The translations under genes and the position numbers were made by a program. DNA of 64,000 bases from Dehalococcoidia bacterium (GTDB lineage Bacteria; Chloroflexota; Dehalococcoidia; Bin125). Shown here in pieces: positions 8,947 to 17,069 of this stretch. The notes below the pieces were generated by a model, which worked only from the letters and a program-made list of their open reading frames with translations, was not told the DNA's origin and searched no databases. The stretch spans positions 246,695 through 310,694 of the forward strand of contig OZ241982.1 of the NCBI GenBank assembly GCA_965204335.1, in the 5' to 3' direction. Positions within the stretch are counted from its first letter, which is position 1. Every line of letters begins with the position of its first letter.

Positions 8947-9951
8947 TTAGCGCAGTTGGTACGTCGGTGGCTTCTTCCAGAGGTCGGTTGGCGGGTTCTC
9001 CTGCTGCGCCAGGATTTTCGCTCGCTGAGCTTTGTCCAGCCGCTTGCCCTGCTGGATGATCTTGCGGTTGGCCTTCTCCCTGGCCTTGTCGCGGGCGACG
9101 GTCGCCGGGTTGGGCCGCTTCTTCTGGCCGCGTGAGGCCTTGACGATGCCCGACTTCTGCAGACTCTTGAGATGGGCCTGGACGTTGCCGTCGGCGGCTC
9201 GACGGAGACGCTTGTCGATGCTGTCGCCGTAGATGTTCTCCATGATTTGCCACGACGTCTTCGGTTCGCCGTCCTGCAGTTGCTCGAGAATCTGGTCCTC
9301 GCGCATCTGACGATGGGCGACATACATCTCCAGCCGGTCGCGCGCCCTGACATCTTCGGTGTCGGTGATCAGCGGTCCGTGGCCGGGGCAGAGCACTTTG
9401 ACGTTGGGCAGCTCCAGCAGCCGGCGGAGCGAGGCCATGTAGGAGTTGACGTCGCCGACAACCGAGGTCGTGTTGCCCAGGATCGTGTCGCCGGTGAAGA
9501 GGATGCCCTCCTCCTCGATGTAGTAGCAGAGCGAATCGACGGAGTGTCCGGGGCTGGTCATCACCTGGACCCGGACTCCGCCGTCGAGGTCGATGGTGTC
9601 GCCGTCCGTGTAGGTCTTGACGCCCTCGTTGTCCCTGGGCAGCTGACGCTTGAGCAGCTTGACGCCGTTCTCGGGTACTGCAATCTCCGCCTTGAGATGC
9701 TCGCGCACGTGCTTGAGGTTGCCGGAGTGGTCAAAGTGGTGGTGCGTGATTGCGGCGACACCAATCTCGGAGTGGTCGATCGCCGCGAGGTAGCCACGCA
9801 GCATCCAGCGGAACTTGTCGATCGCCTCGCCCGAGTCGATCGTCAGCGTCTGCCCGCCGCGCTGACCGATGATGTAGATGTTGGTCGAGGTGGGGCGCAT
9901 CGGCTGGTCCTCGGGGACCGGGACCATACGCACGTTGTCGCTGATCTTCAT
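8947..9951 (-). CDS. MBL-fold metallo-hydrolase with basic C-terminal tail
   Basis: ITHHHFDHSGN metal-binding motif and GHGP; Lys/Arg-rich last 70 aa. Confidence 0.85.
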   Translation of the reverse strand: MKISDNVRMVPVPEDQPMRPTSTNIYIIGQRGGQTLTIDSGEAIDKFRWMLRGYLAAIDHSEIGVAAITHHHFDHSGNLKHVREHLKAEIAVPENGVKLLKRQLPRDNEGVKTYTDGDTIDLDGGVRVQVMTSPGHSVDSLCYYIEEEGILFTGDTILGNTTSVVGDVNSYMASLRRLLELPNVKVLCPGHGPLITDTEDVRARDRLEMYVAHRQMREDQILEQLQDGEPKTSWQIMENIYGDSIDKRLRRAADGNVQAHLKSLQKSGIVKASRGQKKRPNPATVARDKAREKANRKIIQQGKRLDKAQRAKILAQQENPPTDLWKKPPTYQLR

Positions 9952-9962
9952 GACAAGGCTCC

Positions 9963-10940
9963 CTACGTGTGGCTGCCAATGGCGATGTCGGCGACCTGCG
10001 GCGCGACGTCTCGGGCGAGGAACTCGGGTACATCGTCCCGGTCGAACATGAAGTGCTGGAACTGCACCTCGGCAACGCCCGCTTCGGCCAGCCGTCCGAG
10101 TGCGTCGACCGTTTGATCGGCGCCGCCGACCAGGCGGCCCATCGAGTTGAACTCGGTCAAGAACTCATCGAGCGGTTGTCCCGATCGGCCGAACATTCCC
10201 TGCGCAAACTCGCCGCCTGCTTCGACCAGTTCCGGCGTGCCGACGGCATGGAACATCATCATCGAGTGTTCGACCTCATCGGGATCGCGGTCGATCGCTT
10301 CACAGGCCTTGGCCATCACGTCACGCTTGTGTCCGTACGCCTCCGGCGTGAGCGACACGCAGTTCCACTCCGAGGCGTATCTGGCCGCCATCGGAATCGT
10401 GCGCTTCTCACCGCCGCCGCCAATCAGGATCGGCGGCCGTCCCGCTTCTGGATTCGGCAGGCAGTCTGCTCGATCGAGCCGGTAGTACCGGCCCTCATAA
10501 CTGGACTGTCCCGGGCTCCAGAGCGCTTTCATCATGTTGATCGCGTCCTCAAGCCGGTCGAAGCGTTCGCGGGTCGGAGGAAACGGCAGTCCGTAGGCGT
10601 CGTGCTCAGATTGATTCCAGCCGGCGCCGAGACCCATCACGAAGCGACCGCCGGAGAGCTGGTCGATCTGCGCGGCCATGCGGCCGACATCGACCGGTCG
10701 GCGGAAGGTGACCGGCGTGACCATCGGACCGAAGCGCAGGTCGGACGTCTCTTCGGCTGCCAAGACAAAGCTGAGAAAGCACTCCAGACTGTCCTGCTGG
10801 CTGCCGTCGATCGGTCCGGTGAAGTAGTGGTCGCTGCGAAAGAGCGAAGGGAAGTTGAGCCGGTCGGCGAGTTGGAGGATATGCCGCCAGCGCTCCCAGG
10901 TCAGTCCATTCTGTCCCTCGACCATGAGTCCGACGCGCAT
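9963..10940 (-). CDS. LLM-class F420-dependent oxidoreductase (Rv1855c-like)
   Basis: MRVGLMVEGQNGLTWERW...LFRSDHY...GLGAGWNQSEHDAYG. Confidence 0.85.
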   Translation of the reverse strand: MRVGLMVEGQNGLTWERWRHILQLADRLNFPSLFRSDHYFTGPIDGSQQDSLECFLSFVLAAEETSDLRFGPMVTPVTFRRPVDVGRMAAQIDQLSGGRFVMGLGAGWNQSEHDAYGLPFPPTRERFDRLEDAINMMKALWSPGQSSYEGRYYRLDRADCLPNPEAGRPPILIGGGGEKRTIPMAARYASEWNCVSLTPEAYGHKRDVMAKACEAIDRDPDEVEHSMMMFHAVGTPELVEAGGEFAQGMFGRSGQPLDEFLTEFNSMGRLVGGADQTVDALGRLAEAGVAEVQFQHFMFDRDDVPEFLARDVAPQVADIAIGSHT

Positions 10941-11018
10941 ACGATCTCCTCTCGTCGCGCCGGTCAGCGCGACGCCCGTGGTGGCATGGTAGGGCTGAAC
11001 CGGCTCCTGCCGTCCGGA

Positions 11019-12140
11019 TCAGCGGGGCAGGGCGATGCCGTCGTCGAGCACAACGACCGTGACGGGATCGTCCGGGTGCCAGACGACTTCAGTGCGCAGC
11101 CTGGTTTCGACCTCGGCGCCAGACGTCAGGCGCACTCGCACGACCTGGTCATGGCCGTAGTACTCGCTGCTGATCACGGTTGCACGCGCCGGATCGTCCG
11201 GTTCGGTGGGCTTCAGGGCGAGTTGCTCGGGTCTGAGCAGGATGTCAAACGAGTCGCCGTCGCGCTCGGCCAATGGATTGGCGAGAACGACGTAACCCAG
11301 TTCGGTCTCCGCCCCTCCCCGCGCCCGGCGGCCGGGCAGGATGTTGGCGTCGCCGACGAACGTGCCGATGAAGCGCGTTTCGGGCCGATAGTAGATGTCG
11401 TCCGGCGCACCGATCTGCTCGATCCGGCCGTCGCGCATGACGGCGACGCGGTCGGCGAGGGAGAGCGCTTCTTCGCGGTCGTGGGTGACGAATACGGCGG
11501 CGGTGTCGGCGGCCTTGAGGATGTTGCGCATCGCCAGTCGCAGGCTGGCGCGGAGGTTCTGGTCGAGGTTGCTGAACGGCTCGTCAAGCAAGACGGCGGC
11601 TGGCTCCGGCGCCAGCGCGCGCGCGAGCGCGACGCGCTGCGCCTCGCCCCCGGAGAGCTCGTGCGGGAAGCGGTCGGCGAAGCCGTCCAGGCCAACCAGT
11701 TCGAGCATCTCGCGGACGCGCGCCGGCGCCTCAACGTGCCGCAACCGGCGCAACTGCCTCGTCCACCATGCGCGGTGCCCATCGGGCAGACCGAACGCAA
11801 TGTTCTCGCCGACGCTGAGGTGTGGAAACAGCGCGAAGTCCTGCGGCACCATGCCGATCCGACGACGCTCGGGCGGTCTCCAAGTGGCGTCATCAACGAC
11901 CAGTTCACCATTGATCCGCACGGCCCCGCTGTCGGGATGTTCGAATCCGGCGAGCAGGCGCAGCGTGGTCGACTTGCCGCAGCCGCTGGGACCGAGCAGC
12001 GCCACGATCTCTCCGCGGGCGACCTCGAACGACGCCTCACGGACGGCGACGGTGTCGCCGAACGTCTTGGAGACGCTCTGCGCAATCAGCGCCGGCGTGT
12101 TGCTGGAGCGTTCAACTGCGGAGGCCACGGTCATTTCCAA
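11019..12140 (-). CDS. ABC transporter ATP-binding protein (FbpC/PotA-like importer ATPase)
   Basis: Walker A GPSGCGKST, signature LSGGEAQRVALARAL, Walker B LLDEPFS, C-terminal TOBE-like region. Confidence 0.9.
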   Translation of the reverse strand: MEMTVASAVERSSNTPALIAQSVSKTFGDTVAVREASFEVARGEIVALLGPSGCGKSTTLRLLAGFEHPDSGAVRINGELVVDDATWRPPERRRIGMVPQDFALFPHLSVGENIAFGLPDGHRAWWTRQLRRLRHVEAPARVREMLELVGLDGFADRFPHELSGGEAQRVALARALAPEPAAVLLDEPFSNLDQNLRASLRLAMRNILKAADTAAVFVTHDREEALSLADRVAVMRDGRIEQIGAPDDIYYRPETRFIGTFVGDANILPGRRARGGAETELGYVVLANPLAERDGDSFDILLRPEQLALKPTEPDDPARATVISSEYYGHDQVVRVRLTSGAEVETRLRTEVVWHPDDPVTVVVLDDGIALPR

Positions 12141-13719
12141 ACAGGATGATCATCGGCAGGGCGGCGCAACCGAGAAGCAGCAGTCCATTCGCCGCGGCGC
12201 GAGCGAAGAAGACGTCCTCCTGATGCCCCCAGAGGCTGGTTGCCAGCGTGTCGAACTCTATCGGTGCAAGCAAGAGCGTGGCCGGCAACTCCTTCATAGT
12301 GGTCAGGAAGACCAGCGCAAATCCAGCCATGACGCCGGGCGCGATCAGCGGCAAGGTCACGCTGCAGAAGGTCTGCCAGGGCGAACGGTTCAGGGAGCGA
12401 GACGCCTCTTCCAGCCCCGGCTGGACTCGGACCAGCGACGTCCGCAGCCCGGAGATTGCCTGGGGTAAGAACAACACCGCGTAGGCGAAGACCAGCGTGA
12501 TGATCGTCTGGTACATGCCGGGCGTCACCCGCAGCGTGAAGAAGATCAGCGCGAACGCGACCACGACGCCGGGCAGGGCGTAACCGACGTACGAAGCGCG
12601 ATCGATGATGCGCGCCAGGATCCCCGGGCGGCGAACCACGACAATCGCAATCGGGATCGAGATGGCGACGGTCGCGGCTCCGGCCAACGCAGAGGCGTAG
12701 ACGGAATTGAGCGCTTCGCTCCAGATATCGGGGAAGGTCTCTCCGCCCTGTAGTCCGACCGACAGCCAGTGAAACAGCACCGCGACCGGCACGAATAGAG
12801 CGACGCCGCAGACAACGCTCAGTCCGATCAATGCGGGCCAGCGATAGCGACGCAGACTGACGAGTCTTGGCATGCGCGCGGCGCCGCTGCCGAGTCGGTG
12901 GTAGCGGGCATTGCGACGCTGAGACCAATCGATGAGCAGGACGACGGCCACGAGGGCGACGAGTATCAGACACAGCACGGCAATGCTCGAGCGGTCGAAT
13001 GACGTTCCAATCCTGACGTAGATGGCGCGCGTGAACGTGTCGAAGCGCATCATCGAGACGGCGCCAAAGTCGGAGATCACATACAGCGCCACCAACAGGC
13101 TGCCGGTGGCGAGCGGGATCCGGAGCTGGGGCACCGTGACGCGCCAGAATGCACCCCAGGCAGTCTGGCCCAGGGACCTGGCGGCCTCCTCGATCCCGGG
13201 ATCCAGGTCTCTGAGGCCGGCCCGGATGACGATCAGCAGATAAGGAAACGTGAACAGCGTCAGCGTGAGCCAGGCGCCGAAGAATCCGTAGATCTCGGGA
13301 ATGCTCTCGACGCCCAGCGGACCCAGCAGGTCCTGCAGTGACCCGTGTGGGCCGAGCGCAATGATGAACGCGAAGGCGCCCACGTAGGAAGGAATCGCCA
13401 GCGGGATGATCGTGACTGTTCGCCAGAGCCGCGCGAACGGCAGATCGGTCCGTTCGGTGAGATACGCGATCGGCAAGGCGAGTGCGGCTGAAGCGGCGGT
13501 CACGGCGACCGTCAGCGCAGCCGTGTTCAGCAACAGCCGGGCTGTTCCGTCGGTGAGGACCTTCGACCAGGTCTCTGCATCGGCGTCGGCCGCTCGAACG
13601 ACCAGGTAAACCAGGGGAATGCAGGCGGCCGCCGCGCCGGCCAGGGCGAGGATCCAGATCGCCGGGATATTGACCCGAAGTCGAGCCGGAACTGCACCGG
13701 CGCCGCCGAGAAGCGTCAT
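12112..13719 (-). CDS. iron-type ABC transporter permease (duplicated two-domain, FbpB-like)
   Basis: 535 aa with two internally repeated permease halves. Overlaps the ATPase start. Confidence 0.9.
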   Translation of the reverse strand: MTLLGGAGAVPARLRVNIPAIWILALAGAAAACIPLVYLVVRAADADAETWSKVLTDGTARLLLNTAALTVAVTAASAALALPIAYLTERTDLPFARLWRTVTIIPLAIPSYVGAFAFIIALGPHGSLQDLLGPLGVESIPEIYGFFGAWLTLTLFTFPYLLIVIRAGLRDLDPGIEEAARSLGQTAWGAFWRVTVPQLRIPLATGSLLVALYVISDFGAVSMMRFDTFTRAIYVRIGTSFDRSSIAVLCLILVALVAVVLLIDWSQRRNARYHRLGSGAARMPRLVSLRRYRWPALIGLSVVCGVALFVPVAVLFHWLSVGLQGGETFPDIWSEALNSVYASALAGAATVAISIPIAIVVVRRPGILARIIDRASYVGYALPGVVVAFALIFFTLRVTPGMYQTIITLVFAYAVLFLPQAISGLRTSLVRVQPGLEEASRSLNRSPWQTFCSVTLPLIAPGVMAGFALVFLTTMKELPATLLLAPIEFDTLATSLWGHQEDVFFARAAANGLLLLGCAALPMIILFGNDRGLRS

Positions 13720-13820
13720 GTTCGGAGGTTATCGGAGTATTTCATCAGCAAAACCAAGAATCTCTGATCGAGTACCTCCGCCCGCATCAATTGAGCCGTT
13801 GCGCGATGCTCCAGACATGA

Positions 13821-13852
13821 CGTTCCCGGACGCTTGCGAGCGTCCGGGAACG
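13821..13852 (-). terminator. 13-bp perfect hairpin between binding-protein and permease genes (possible intra-operon attenuator)
   Basis: cgttcccggacgc-ttgcga-gcgtccgggaacg sits in a 262-nt gap. No clear U-tract on the minus strand. Confidence 0.35.
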
Positions 13853-13982
13853 ATTGTTGTGGCGTACTTGCCACGAAGACCGTTTGGATGGACCGCTGCC
13901 GCCGCTCCCATGGCGAAGCGGCGACAGCGGCCATGCCATCCAGAGCGGGGATGGGCATGATGGCTGCGCCTGCCGGCGCGGG

Positions 13983-15350
13983 CTATCTGAGTGCGCCAAC
14001 CTTCCGCAACAGCTCAAGGGTGCCCTCGAGGTCCGACAGGGTCGTCAGCGCGAGCGACGGTGGGCTGAGCTCGTCGAGCGGACGCAGCCGCGGATTCGCC
14101 TCGATGCCTGAGGCGACGGGATACTCGTTGGTCTGATCGCGGAAGTAGGTCTGACCTTCCTCCGAGAGCAGGAAACGAATGAAGCGCAGCGCGTTGACCC
14201 GGTTGTTCGCGCCCTCCAGCATCGCCACACCGGCGACGTTGACCAGCGCGCCCGCTTCACCGGCGTCGGTGAAGTGGTTGGCCGCCGGCCAGTCGGCGTC
14301 GAAGCGGAACAGGTAGTAGTGGTTGACCAGCCCGATGTCGAGCTCGCCGTCCCCAACCGCCTGAACCTGCGGAGTGTTCTTGGGGTAGACCTCGACTTCA
14401 TTGGCGATCATCCCGCGGAGCCATTCCTCGGTCCTCGCTTCGCCGTGGATCTGGCGCATGGCGGTGACAAAGGCCTGGAAGCTGCCGTTGGTCGGGGCCC
14501 AGCCGATTCGACCCTTCCATTCGGGATTGACCAGGTCGAAGACCGAGTCGGGCGGATTGGGCACGCGCTCCGGCGAGATGATCAGGACGCGGGCTCGGCC
14601 GGAAGTGGCGATCCAGCGACCGTCATCATCCTGAAACTTCTCGTCGACCATCGCGGTGATGTCAGCGGGCAGTTGGGCGGCAAGCCCCTCTTCGGAGAGG
14701 AATGAAAGGGCGCCGGCATCCTGGCCGTAGTAGATGTCCGCCGGCGAGCGGGCGCCTTCCTCGGAGATCGCGATCGCCATTGCGGCCGTGTTGCCGTAGC
14801 GAACCTTGACGTCGATCCCCGTCTGCTCCTCGAACCGATCGATCAGGGCGCCCACCAGCGACTCGCCCCGGCCGGAGTAGATGACCAGGTCACCGGGATC
14901 GTCGGGAATGGCAACCGCCGCCACCCTCGACTGGAGCCAGCGATCGACTGCGGTACTGGCCGGGAAGATCTGCCCGCTCAGGACGTCAACGCCGTTGGCG
15001 CGGACGCCGAATTCGGTGTCGCCGTCGGCCTGGCGGCGCGCGGTCACCTGCAGTTGAACGCCGAGCTTCTCGACGACCGAGCTGACGAGCAGACGTCCAA
15101 CCGCTGCATCGACCGGGAAGAATCGGCGCGTTGGTGTCAGGACTTCGCCGTCCGCTCGGATTGCAAACTCGATTCGACCGTCCTCATGCAGTTGGGCTCG
15201 AACACGAACGTCAATGCTGGGCGCATCTTGTGCACTTGTCGTTCCAATGGCGGCGAACACACCGGCAAGTAACGCCGCGATAGTCAGCAGCGCGACCATG
15301 TACCGGGGCAGGCGGAGCTTGTCCGCCCCTGGCTGGGATCTTGGCATCAA
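13983..15350 (-). CDS. iron(III)-type ABC substrate-binding protein with extra N-terminal tandem-repeat module
   Basis: Core LVIYSGRGESLVGALIDRFEEQTGIDVKVRYG... is paralogous to 15521..16567. It is preceded by a signal anchor and two roughly 50-aa repeats (residues about 46-146). Confidence 0.85.
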   Translation of the reverse strand: MMPRSQPGADKLRLPRYMVALLTIAALLAGVFAAIGTTSAQDAPSIDVRVRAQLHEDGRIEFAIRADGEVLTPTRRFFPVDAAVGRLLVSSVVEKLGVQLQVTARRQADGDTEFGVRANGVDVLSGQIFPASTAVDRWLQSRVAAVAIPDDPGDLVIYSGRGESLVGALIDRFEEQTGIDVKVRYGNTAAMAIAISEEGARSPADIYYGQDAGALSFLSEEGLAAQLPADITAMVDEKFQDDDGRWIATSGRARVLIISPERVPNPPDSVFDLVNPEWKGRIGWAPTNGSFQAFVTAMRQIHGEARTEEWLRGMIANEVEVYPKNTPQVQAVGDGELDIGLVNHYYLFRFDADWPAANHFTDAGEAGALVNVAGVAMLEGANNRVNALRFIRFLLSEEGQTYFRDQTNEYPVASGIEANPRLRPLDELSPPSLALTTLSDLEGTLELLRKVGALR

Positions 15351-15415
15351 TCACTCTCTTTCCCGGAATCAATCCTCTGTGTGCTCACGGACGCTGTTTC
15401 CGGGCACTCGCGTAG

Positions 15416-15443
15416 TTTATACACAAGATTGCAAAATATGCAA
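15416..15443 (-). promoter_or_regulatory. candidate sigma70-type promoter with overlapping palindrome
   Basis: Minus strand reads TTGCAT-16 nt-TATAAA in an AT-rich island. TTGCAAAATATGCAA (15429..15443) is a TTGCA-N5-TGCAA inverted repeat over the -35. Confidence 0.45.
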
Positions 15444-15520
15444 GGAAGGTGAACAACGATCCGGCCATTCCTCGATCTTCCGGCCGGCCGGGACGGTCAA
15501 CGGAGATCGATGAGGCCGGG

Positions 15521-16567
15521 TCAGGGAATGACGCCCGCGTGTTGCAGCAGCTCGAGCGTGCCTGCCAGGTCCGACAGCGACGTCAGTGCAAGGGAGGGAG
15601 GATCGAGCTCCGACAGCGGGATCAGTTCCCGTCTGGGCTCGACGCCCGACGCGACCGGGTACTCGCTGGTCTGATCGCGGAAGTAGGTTTGGCCCTCTTC
15701 GCTCAACAGGAAGCGAACGAACTTCAGCGCGTTCTCGGCGTTGCGCGACGACTTGAGCACCGCGACACCTGCCACGTTGACCAGGCCGCCGGCTGCGCCG
15801 GGATCCGTGAAGTGATTGACCGCCGGAAACTCGGGATCATCCGCGAGGAAGCGGAACAGGTAGTAGTGGTTGACGAGGCCGATGTCGATCTCTCCGGCCC
15901 CGACGGCCTGGACGATCGGCGAGTTCCTCGGAAACTCGACGATATCGTTGGCCAGCATGCTGCGGAGCCACTGCTCGGTGGCATCGTCGCCGTGGATCTG
16001 ACGCATGGCCGTGATGAACGCCTGGAAGCTGGCGTTGGTCGGCGCCCATCCGACGCGGCCGCGCCATTCCTCGTCAACGAGATCGAACACGCTGTCCGGT
16101 GGATTGGGCACCCGATCCTTCGAGACGATCAAGACGCGCGCTCGTCCCGAGGTGGCTACCCAGTAACCGGAACCGTCGGCCAGCTCTTCCGGAACGCCGG
16201 CCACGATGTCGTCGGGCAGTCGGCTCAACACGTCGCCCTCTGCGAGCGCGGCGAGGGCGCCGGCGTCCTGCGAGTAGAAGACATCCGCCCGCGAGCGGTC
16301 GCCTTCTTCGAGGATCGCCGAGGCGAGTTCGGCGGTGCCGGCGTAGCGGATTCGAACGTTGATGCCGCTGACCTCTTCAAATCGTTCGATCAGCGGGCCG
16401 GCCAGCGACTCGCCGCGGCCCGAGTAAATCGTCAACTCGCCGTTCGCCGACTGTGTCGAGGAGGGCTGCTCCAGCTCATCCGAGGCGCAGGCGACCGCCG
16501 CGATGGACGTCAGTGCGATCAGCGCGAGCCAGAACGGAATCACGAACCCGGCGCGAACGTCAGACAT
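15521..16567 (-). CDS. iron(III)-type ABC substrate-binding lipoprotein (paralog without N-terminal repeats)
   Basis: Start at ATG 16567 (GGAGAGGAAG upstream) gives MSDVRAGFVIPFWLALIALTSIAAVAC, which is lipobox-like. Core LTIYSGRGESLAGPLIERFEEVSGINVRIRYAG. Confidence 0.85.
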   Translation of the reverse strand: MSDVRAGFVIPFWLALIALTSIAAVACASDELEQPSSTQSANGELTIYSGRGESLAGPLIERFEEVSGINVRIRYAGTAELASAILEEGDRSRADVFYSQDAGALAALAEGDVLSRLPDDIVAGVPEELADGSGYWVATSGRARVLIVSKDRVPNPPDSVFDLVDEEWRGRVGWAPTNASFQAFITAMRQIHGDDATEQWLRSMLANDIVEFPRNSPIVQAVGAGEIDIGLVNHYYLFRFLADDPEFPAVNHFTDPGAAGGLVNVAGVAVLKSSRNAENALKFVRFLLSEEGQTYFRDQTSEYPVASGVEPRRELIPLSELDPPSLALTSLSDLAGTLELLQHAGVIP

Positions 16568-16604
16568 CGGCAGCGGCTTCCTCTCCGATCGGCCCGGATC
16601 AGCA

Positions 16605-16656
16605 TGACCAATCATCGACACAGCGATGATTGGTCAAAGTTGCACTAACTGCAACT
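16605..16656 (-). promoter_or_regulatory. two adjacent palindromes upstream of the second binding-protein gene
   Basis: tgaccaatcatcg-acacag-cgatgattggtca (16605..16636, 13-bp arms) is followed by agttgca-ctaac-tgcaact (16638..16656, core TTGCA-N5-TGCAA). Confidence 0.4.
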
Positions 16657-16688
16657 TATCGAATAGGAGAGAACCGGATGGTTGAGGG

Positions 16689-16991
16689 CTACCAGGAACT
16701 CTTGCGGACCCCGGGGAGCAGTCCCAGCGAGGCCATCTCGCGGAAGGTGATTCGGCTGAGCCCGAACTTGCGCATGTAGGCGCGAGGGCGACCGGTTACG
16801 GCGCAGCGGTTCTTGATTCGCGTCGGCGAGCTGTTGCGGGGCAGCGCCTGAAGCTGGAACTGGATGTTCTGCTTCTCGCGAGGGTTGTTGGACTCTTTGA
16901 GCTGCTGCTTGAGCGCCGCGCGGCGGTTCTGGTACTTGGCGTGCATCTTGCGGCGCTTGAGGTCGCGGTGAACGTTCGAGGTTCGGGCCAT
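16689..16991 (-). CDS. rpsN: 30S ribosomal protein S14, long non-zinc-ribbon (C-minus) form
   Basis: 100 aa. [16 protein letters not shown]...[43 protein letters not shown]. Only one Cys, so no CxxC pairs. Confidence 0.95.
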   Translation of the reverse strand: MARTSNVHRDLKRRKMHAKYQNRRAALKQQLKESNNPREKQNIQFQLQALPRNSSPTRIKNRCAVTGRPRAYMRKFGLSRITFREMASLGLLPGVRKSSW

Positions 16992-17069
16992 GCGTTGTCC
17001 AGTGGTTGAGTCCAGTGGTTGGGTCTTCAGGTTGACTCTATGAGCGTAGTGGCAATTTGACGGCTGGGG

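Noticed and set aside
8928-9353. N-terminal 142-aa extension of the track ORF 7839..9353
   Set aside because: The extension is an Arg/Ser/Thr-rich artefact overlapping the MBL gene. ATG 8927 with an AGGA RBS gives a 362-aa protein collinear with its tandem paralog.
9969-12149. Very long plus-strand ORF (726 aa) and similar ones (29134..31074 minus, 35398..37230 plus, 25924..27192 minus, 49121..50332 minus, 43237..44922 plus, 58525..59652 plus)
   Set aside because: Each is antisense to a well-supported gene. They are extremely Arg/Gly/Asp/Val-rich with no recognisable motifs, which is typical of shadow ORFs in GC-rich DNA.
13716-13958. 80-aa minus-strand ORF in the gap between the binding-protein and permease genes
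   Set aside because: No RBS, odd composition, and it overlaps the 13-bp hairpin. The gap is more likely an untranslated intra-operon spacer.
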